A stretch of 64,000 bases of DNA from Candidatus Omnitrophota bacterium (lineage in GTDB: Bacteria > Omnitrophota > Gorgyraeia > JACQQV01), in assembly GCA_016206785.1 (NCBI GenBank), contig JACQQV010000021.1, forward strand, positions 63,509-127,508. The letters run 5' to 3'. The notes under the pieces are model-generated. The model did not search any database. It saw only the letters and a list, made by a program, of their open reading frames with translations, and was not told the DNA's origin. Position numbers and translations under genes: made by a program. Of the stretch, positions 57,497 through 64,000 are shown piece by piece; within the stretch, counting starts at the first letter, position 1, and each line of letters starts with the position of its first letter.

Positions 57497-60400
57497 CTAT
57501 ACCTCTATAGACTTTACAAGAAGACGCTTCCCAGAGGGTTCCCGCGGGATCTCCGATACCGCTTTGGCGCCTACCGTGAAGTCTTTTCCGAAAAAACTTT
57601 GAAGATCGTGCTCGAGAGAGGCTCCAATCTGCGGTGTCCACTTTGAAGTCGGAACATAGAGAAATTGAAGCTCAGAGTCACCCCGCCGTACCGCCTGATA
57701 CTCCACGAGATGCGGCGTATAGTCATGCTGAATTTGCAGAAGGTGGTCAATCATACTCGAGAAAACGATGCGGCCGGAACGGGTTGTGATCCGATCCGAA
57801 GTCCTTCCTTCAATGTGTGCAATGGTCGGCCAGCTCCGTCCGCACCGACATGGTTCAGAGACGCGTACAAGGTCTCCTGTGTCATAGCGGATAAAAGGCA
57901 TTGCCTCGTTGGTGAGATCGGTGATGACGATGTGCCCCACCTCGCCCGAGTCTGCCGGAGAACCGTCCTCCCGCAGAATTTCACAGACGTACCATTCTGG
58001 ATTAAGATGCATCAGATCCGGAACGTCCGGGCAGGAGAACCCAACGGTTCCAAATTCCAAACTCGCATACTGATTGATCGTACCTGTTCCAAAAGCCTGT
58101 TCGATGAGCCTTCGCTGTGCTGTACTCATCGTTTCTGCCGTTGCGATCACACATCGGGGACGCCGCACCACTTTTAATCCCTGACGCTCAATCTCCTCTG
58201 CCATCACCAAAAGGGCCGATGTATAGCCTGCCAGAACATAAGAAACAGGTGCCCTTGTGATGCGTGCCAGATGAAAAGGCACAGTACGGGCCGAGAGATC
58301 AAAGACAGAGATGAAACGGGGTGGCTCCTGACCCAGCATCACCTTGAACCATTCCCCCACGCGCCGCTCACTTTTATGAAAAGGTGCGCCAATCCAAACA
58401 AGTCGATCACCTGGCTGGATTCCCGCCCACCGGTCAGCGAGACGACGGCATGCAATCCGCATCGGCATCCCCGCAATATCCCGATAGAATCGAAACGCCT
58501 CCCCTGTGGAACCCGAAGTAAATGCGAGGTGAAATCTTGATCTGTCCACCTTCTCTGCCACGCATCCCTGAGGAAAAACACGGGCAAGATCCCGTTTCGA
58601 AATAATCGGCAACCTTTTTAAGAGTTCAAACCCCTCTAAATTTTCTCCGCGACAGACGCTGCCATTCCACCGCTCTCGATAAAAAGGAACCTGGGTGACC
58701 GCATGGTGAATCAAGTGAGAAATCCGGGCAGCCACTCGTTTCTGTCGTTCTGTATCGTTTTCCCATTGCGAGCGGTCTAAGGCGATAAATTCTCTCTCTG
58801 TCCGAGCGTGTATCTCAGGACTCGTCTTCCACGGTTGACTGACAATATGCCGTGCCTCAAACCGACGCTGCCTTAACAACTGTACCGCTAGCGGAACCGC
58901 GGCCAACACCGTCTGGCGCATCGGCCGCGCACGTTCCTCAAGTGATTTCATGAGGGTGGAAGGTGTTTCATGAAGGAGAGTACCCATATGTTCGACGAGT
59001 TGGTCCGCTGTCAATCCTTCAAGCGGCAGGACGTGATGGCTTTGACCCATCGGTCTCATGACTCCCATCATTTTCATGGTGTAGTAGTCGCTGACACTGA
59101 CGGCGATTGCTGGTCTTGCGGTCGAGAGGGTAAAAAGGACACCGTGATACCGGGTTCCGATGACCAGATCCATTCTCCCTAAAATCCCCTTGATGACAGA
59201 AGGCGTGTGATCCCCTCGAACAATGAAAGAGCGTTCCCGATGCCGCATTCGGCCGATGATCCGTTTCGCCTCAACCCGGTCATCCTTGGCCGGATCCTGA
59301 TTCACGAACATCGGCACAAAAACGATAGCGGCATTGAAACGTTCCACTGCCTGATCGAATGCTTCTGCAAAGAGATCCCGCAAACGATCTTCGCTGAAGG
59401 AGCTGGTGGCCACGAAACGGGCCGTCACACCGATCCAAGGAGTGTGAGAGTGGGGGAAGAGGTCTTCCTGACGGAGGGCCGCTTCTACCGCCTCGGCAGG
59501 AACCGCTTCAAGCGCCCAAGCGTCGTCGGCGACGTCGAGAATCTTTGGACAGACGACGCCGATCTGTCGAAGCACCTCCCGGGAGATCCCATGATCGCGA
59601 AGGGTGATGACCTCTGCTCGGTTTAACGCAACGCGCGCAAACCACCGGTCAAACGGCCGTGTGAGGGGTCCAACCGTCTGACCGGAGAGGACCGACCGCT
59701 TTCCGAAAATCCGACCTGCTAAAATGACCAGCGCCCGGTGGTATAGACCCTCTGCCGCATAGAGGCTGTTCATCGCCCCAGCCCCCACCATGTAAAGCAA
59801 GTCTGCCTGCTGGATCGCCTTGAGGATGCGATCGGCTTGTGAGGGTAAGCACCATGTCTTGCCAAACGTCTTAAGGAAAAAAGCATTCAACAAGATCCAT
59901 CCCCCATAAGTGATCGCTTGGACGGTTGAGCGAATTTCCGAGATTCGAAATCGTCGGTGAGACGGAAGGACGAGATTCGCTATCCTGCTCAGACGAGTGG
60001 CAATGCCCCCCGCTCCCCTCGCCACCGCCTCTACGATAGGATAACCTGACTTTAGTAATCCTGTGAGGGAAAGAAGGACATCTGTCGGTTGATTGAGATC
60101 CGCCTGACGCACCTCTTCCGGTGTCAACTCCCGATGGATAAGAGTGACCGTACGGATCGGCCCAAACTCCTTTGCAAAGGCGCTCCGCGTGACGTTGTAC
60201 ATCGCATCATCCCCTCGGTTCCCTCGATGAGAAGGAGTCACGAAAAGAACCGTCGGTATTTTCTGAGAGACAGAGGCCGATGGCCTCCTGCCATGCATCA
60301 CTGTCCAACGTCCAACGGTCCTTTTTATCCTGAGGGGTCTGATGAGACTTAACACGGCATTCCGGGCTGTATGTTTGGCGCGCCGGACAAATCCGCCGGG

Positions 60401-61537
60401 AACGCTCTGGGTGCGATGGGGCGGGTCACTGACCGTCATAAAGAGGCCGCTAAAGTTAAATCCATTCTCCGCCAGGAATTCCGCCTGGCGATCGAGGACG
60501 GCAATGCGGCGCCTCAACCAATAGTGATAAAAAGGATCGACCTTTTCAGTGCGGAGAAGATGCTTTCCGAAAGAACGGCGCAGAGTTTCTGTCATCGGTC
60601 CTCTTCCTTCTTGCGCGTAGGCGCTGAGTTGAACTCCGAAGGAAAAAGGTAACACGACCAGAGGAGATCGCCACGTCGCCCTCGCGCGCCATCGCCCAGG
60701 AAGGAGATTCCATTCTAAAAGCCTGGAAGTCCACTCCACCGGAGAGACCCCCTCCAGTGATGCAAAAACAACCGCACCGCCATCACCCGTCGTCAGGAAT
60801 GCACTCTTCTCCCGAGAAACAGTCACCCATCCCTGGTCTCTGATAAATTGATCTACTGTAAAGATCGCCTCTCCCAAAACCTCTCCGACCCGAGCCAGGA
60901 GTACCTTTAAACAACTCATACGATCGGGGGAGTTTTTGAACCAGTCGCGCCGCAACAAAGCGACCTCTTCGATGAAGTGCGGGGTAGTGATTTTTCCGGT
61001 GACTGTTTGAAGCACTTTGAGACAAGACACCAGGTTATTCAGGAAAGCCAGGACGGCTCGGATGGAGAGTTCCGTCTCGCCCAACAGGCGGGCGTACCTT
61101 AACGCATGAAACCCGAGTTGGTCTACCGTATGAATCACGGACAATATCGCCGCCTCTTTCTCTGTATATACCTCCTGCATCAACACCTTCCCGTGAATAG
61201 GGCGAAGGCGTGGAAGAGGAAACGCTTCCTGGAGATGATGAAAAACGCTCTTTGGAACAATGCGAGGCTCCCCCCGAAATGCGACGTGACCGGCACCGAA
61301 AAGGGGCCGGGCTGAGAATTCCTCCGGGCGGCTCTTTGTCAACCGGTCCTCGACCACGCAGACCAGATCGAGATCGGAAATCCCCAGGATAGTCGGCTCG
61401 CCCTGTTGATAGACCGCCAAGAGCTCCGGTCGCTTCGCTAAGTGGCTCACAAAAACCTCACGGGCTTTCTCATAATCTTCCGGAGCAGCCAATGAGGGTT
61501 CCCCTATCCACCGGATTTGATCAAGATATTTTTTCAT
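57497..61537 (-). CDS. Fusion: nucleotidyltransferase-like + polysaccharide pyruvyl transferase + phenylacetate-CoA ligase/CapK-like
   Basis: GISDLDL; GNRGDDAM, TLRD..S, GTRYHG; TSGSTG, Y...E, RYDTGD, GR, SGK. AGGAG SD before ATG 61537. Confidence 0.82.
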   Translation of the reverse strand: MKKYLDQIRWIGEPSLAAPEDYEKAREVFVSHLAKRPELLAVYQQGEPTILGISDLDLVCVVEDRLTKSRPEEFSARPLFGAGHVAFRGEPRIVPKSVFHHLQEAFPLPRLRPIHGKVLMQEVYTEKEAAILSVIHTVDQLGFHALRYARLLGETELSIRAVLAFLNNLVSCLKVLQTVTGKITTPHFIEEVALLRRDWFKNSPDRMSCLKVLLARVGEVLGEAIFTVDQFIRDQGWVTVSREKSAFLTTGDGGAVVFASLEGVSPVEWTSRLLEWNLLPGRWRARATWRSPLVVLPFSFGVQLSAYAQEGRGPMTETLRRSFGKHLLRTEKVDPFYHYWLRRRIAVLDRQAEFLAENGFNFSGLFMTVSDPPHRTQSVPGGFVRRAKHTARNAVLSLIRPLRIKRTVGRWTVMHGRRPSASVSQKIPTVLFVTPSHRGNRGDDAMYNVTRSAFAKEFGPIRTVTLIHRELTPEEVRQADLNQPTDVLLSLTGLLKSGYPIVEAVARGAGGIATRLSRIANLVLPSHRRFRISEIRSTVQAITYGGWILLNAFFLKTFGKTWCLPSQADRILKAIQQADLLYMVGAGAMNSLYAAEGLYHRALVILAGRIFGKRSVLSGQTVGPLTRPFDRWFARVALNRAEVITLRDHGISREVLRQIGVVCPKILDVADDAWALEAVPAEAVEAALRQEDLFPHSHTPWIGVTARFVATSSFSEDRLRDLFAEAFDQAVERFNAAIVFVPMFVNQDPAKDDRVEAKRIIGRMRHRERSFIVRGDHTPSVIKGILGRMDLVIGTRYHGVLFTLSTARPAIAVSVSDYYTMKMMGVMRPMGQSHHVLPLEGLTADQLVEHMGTLLHETPSTLMKSLEERARPMRQTVLAAVPLAVQLLRQRRFEARHIVSQPWKTSPEIHARTEREFIALDRSQWENDTERQKRVAARISHLIHHAVTQVPFYRERWNGSVCRGENLEGFELLKRLPIISKRDLARVFPQGCVAEKVDRSRFHLAFTSGSTGEAFRFYRDIAGMPMRIACRRLADRWAGIQPGDRLVWIGAPFHKSERRVGEWFKVMLGQEPPRFISVFDLSARTVPFHLARITRAPVSYVLAGYTSALLVMAEEIERQGLKVVRRPRCVIATAETMSTAQRRLIEQAFGTGTINQYASLEFGTVGFSCPDVPDLMHLNPEWYVCEILREDGSPADSGEVGHIVITDLTNEAMPFIRYDTGDLVRVSEPCRCGRSWPTIAHIEGRTSDRITTRSGRIVFSSMIDHLLQIQHDYTPHLVEYQAVRRGDSELQFLYVPTSKWTPQIGASLEHDLQSFFGKDFTVGAKAVSEIPREPSGKRLLVKSIEV

Positions 61538-62441
61538 TAAATCTCCTAAACGGACGCCCGATCCCATACACCCACCGCTTTAAAAGTGGCGATACGATCG
61601 CTGTGTCGTATATCAAGTAAGCGGTGTTGACAATGGGAGAACGCTCCACTTTCTGATAGGCCTGCGGAGTCGTATTCGAGAGTTGGAGCATGTCGTGTGT
61701 TTCACCCCAGAGTATCTGCAATCCAATCGACCGGAATTTTCTGATCGTCCGCTCTCCCCCGTGGTTGGGCTGCATGGGACGCCTGGAATCTTTTCGTAAT
61801 GCCCCGTTGACAATTAAGATCCCATTTTCAGTTAAGGAGCCCCGAAGTTCTTTCATCGTCGCGATCGGATCCTCCACATGCTGGAGGACGTGAAAACAGG
61901 TAATCATATCAAACTTGTTCTTGGGAAGTGCGTTTTGCTTTAAGTCAAGAGATTCCGCTGAAAGCCCCCGCCGTTCAAAACGCCATTTGGCAAAATCCAA
62001 CATGCGACTCGAGATATCGGCGACCGTTGTTGCAATTCCCTCTCGGGCAAAAAAGATCGCTCCGGATCCCGTTCCAGCCCCATAGTCAAGATAGTGACGC
62101 ACGCCTAAACGCTTTGCCAGATCCAAGGCGTAGAGGTAAAGGAGGGGACTACTGTTTTCAGTTCTCATGGCGCTATTATGCATGACAAAGAAAATATGAC
62201 TGAATGACTCATCGTAGAACTTCGTTCGAGCGAGCGCGTCGTCCTGGCGCTTTTCTTCCCACTCTTTCGCAAACGCTTCTGTGCCGTTGTAAAAAAGTTT
62301 TTCTACTTCTGGCCGAGGAAGTTTCGAATACTCCTCTAGTTCGTCCAAAAAGTTTGTCACCACATCTTTACGCGGATTAAGACAAATCCCCTTAACCCAC
62401 TGCTGACGATAGACGGTGACATCAATAGAATTTCCCATCAC
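61521..62441 (-). CDS. Class I SAM-dependent methyltransferase
   Basis: LDYGAGTG, ADIS, FDMITCFHVLQHV.DP. Confidence 0.9.
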   Translation of the reverse strand: MMGNSIDVTVYRQQWVKGICLNPRKDVVTNFLDELEEYSKLPRPEVEKLFYNGTEAFAKEWEEKRQDDALARTKFYDESFSHIFFVMHNSAMRTENSSPLLYLYALDLAKRLGVRHYLDYGAGTGSGAIFFAREGIATTVADISSRMLDFAKWRFERRGLSAESLDLKQNALPKNKFDMITCFHVLQHVEDPIATMKELRGSLTENGILIVNGALRKDSRRPMQPNHGGERTIRKFRSIGLQILWGETHDMLQLSNTTPQAYQKVERSPIVNTAYLIYDTAIVSPLLKRWVYGIGRPFRRFNEKIS

Positions 62442-64000
62442 GCCATCTTCTTCTGAAGCACCTTTTCGTAGAGGGCTTCGATCTTTTCTTTTGTTCTCTG
62501 GATATCAAAATGATCCTGCGCTTTCTTCTGCGCCGCCTCTCCCATCTTTCGGCGCTCTTTTTCTCCCCTTAAGAGGGAAAGGAGAGCGTTTGCGAATGCG
62601 TTGGGATCGCCAGGAGTCACCAAAAGTCCTGTGACCCCGTCTTCAACAAGTTCCGGAATCGCCCCTACCCGGGTCGAGACAACTGGGATTGCATGGGCCA
62701 TCGCTTCAAGACAGACGAGTGAAAAGCCCTCCGGCATAAGAGAGGTCTGGGCTAAAAGATCAAAGGCTGGATAAAGAGTTTCGGGATGTTCCACCCAGCC
62801 GGTAAACTGGATATTGCCTGAGAGGCCCTGTTCGGAAACCAGACCCTTGAGATGAGCAAGGTAATTGGAGGGGGCCTCACATTCATCCCCGGCAATAATC
62901 GCCCTCGCGTCTGGATAGACCTTTACAACCTCTGCCATTGCCTGAATAAATTCATGCTGACCCTTCAAAGGCATCAACCGACTCACTACACCCATGGTGG
63001 GTGCTCCATTTAAAATCCCGAGTCTTTTACGAGTTTCCTCCCGATGTAAAGAGGAAGGAGACGTGCCTTTCACATCAAGGCCATTCGGGACATAATGGAG
63101 TTTCTCGGATAAAACGCCTTGGCCCTCACAGATCCTTTTCGAGGAGTGACTGATGACCACGAGCGCCTTCAAGAATTGAACCAAGAACAACTCAGGATTT
63201 GTCAGCGGTCTATTGGCGCGCAAATGAGAGACGATGGGAATTCCTAAAAGACGGGCCGCAAAGACCGCTACGAACGGCGAGCGGGGACTGTTGTTTAGAT
63301 GGATGAGGTCCGGCTTAATCGCCCGAAACTCTCGAATGAGCCGATAAAAAAGAGGAAGGTAAAATTCGAAGAGGTTTCGAAGAAATCCTCTCCCTGTCGC
63401 CTCCGGCCGAAGTCGAACAGAATGAACAGGGATCCCCATCTCAAGCATCTCATCGGTCGATTTCCCTGATTGATGCACAATGACAACCGGATCCCAACGG
63501 CTTCGATTCAGAACTCTTAGAAGGCGAAGGAGGGAAACGGCCGAGCCGCCGCTCCCAGACCCCGCATCAAGATATAAGACACGGTATTTCATATTTCCAT
63601 TCGACGGACGGGTCTTGCGCACGCGTCGTTCATAGAGGTAATTCTTAATCGCATGCACTGCACGCCGTGCCATCGAACGCACAAACGGCATCGGATCATC
63701 CCAAGCGAAGATCCCGAAGACGTTTGTCCCCCAGAGAGAGCCCAACCACTGCCTCCATGAAAGCAGGCCCTGCCGATGGTAGGCGCGAAAGGCATCGCAG
63801 TCCTGTTCGAAAAACAGAAGTTTCTTGCGATAGGTTCTTGCGTGTTGTTCCTCTACACGCCCTCCCAGCATTTCCCGATAGGCAAGATATGGCGCATCAA
63901 TGCCGCTCGCCACGACCAGCGCCAACGAGATAGCACATCGGGGGTTCACCTCGATCAATTTGAAACGATTGTCCCGTGGATCCTTTTTAAATTCCACATG
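62438..64000 (-). CDS. Fusion: ATP-grasp (carboxylate-amine ligase) C-terminus + GT4; 5' end outside the window
   Basis: VEFKKDPRD..FKLIEVNPR and DDP.P (ATP-grasp), in frame with YLDAGSGSGGS...EGFSLVCLEAMA; frame stays open to 64000. Confidence 0.85.
   Translation of the reverse strand, partial: HVEFKKDPRDNRFKLIEVNPRCAISLALVVASGIDAPYLAYREMLGGRVEEQHARTYRKKLLFFEQDCDAFRAYHRQGLLSWRQWLGSLWGTNVFGIFAWDDPMPFVRSMARRAVHAIKNYLYERRVRKTRPSNGNMKYRVLYLDAGSGSGGSAVSLLRLLRVLNRSRWDPVVIVHQSGKSTDEMLEMGIPVHSVRLRPEATGRGFLRNLFEFYLPLFYRLIREFRAIKPDLIHLNNSPRSPFVAVFAARLLGIPIVSHLRANRPLTNPELFLVQFLKALVVISHSSKRICEGQGVLSEKLHYVPNGLDVKGTSPSSLHREETRKRLGILNGAPTMGVVSRLMPLKGQHEFIQAMAEVVKVYPDARAIIAGDECEAPSNYLAHLKGLVSEQGLSGNIQFTGWVEHPETLYPAFDLLAQTSLMPEGFSLVCLEAMAHAIPVVSTRVGAIPELVEDGVTGLLVTPGDPNAFANALLSLLRGEKERRKMGEAAQKKAQDHFDIQRTKEKIEALYEKVLQKKMA

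Noticed and set aside
1-64000. Prophage, IS elements, integrase, rRNA or tRNA genes
   Set aside because: No supporting motifs were found by eye.

Overview
Gene-dense bacterial chromosomal window, almost all on the minus strand. No rRNA, tRNA, CRISPR array or transposase could be supported. It has four blocks. (1) 1-12.1 kb: a RiPP-like cluster with a 63-aa precursor (YxxP leader, three Cys), three paralogous radical SAM enzymes, two PqqD/RRE proteins, an HPrK-like kinase, a UPF0489 (peptide arginase family)-TPR fusion, a methyltransferase, an SGNH hydrolase, a GT-C glycosyltransferase missing from the ORF track, and a divergent S26 peptidase-GNAT-nucleotidyltransferase fusion. (2) 12.3-22 kb: housekeeping and mixed genes (miaA, ExeA-like ATPase, transglutaminase/desaturase module, MFS, miaB, beta-CASP nuclease, PilZ, LOG). 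(3) 22-34.6 kb: rpoN, a sigma54 two-component pair, a sigma54-driven operon of four PEP-CTERM proteins, EpsI and an exosortase. The operon's first gene is a priming phosphoglycosyl transferase carrying an internal PEP-CTERM sorting signal, and one member is a tiny lipoprotein with anchors at both ends. (4) 34.7-64 kb: a large exopolysaccharide cluster rich in multi-enzyme fusions. All calls come from visual motif recognition; no database searches were run.
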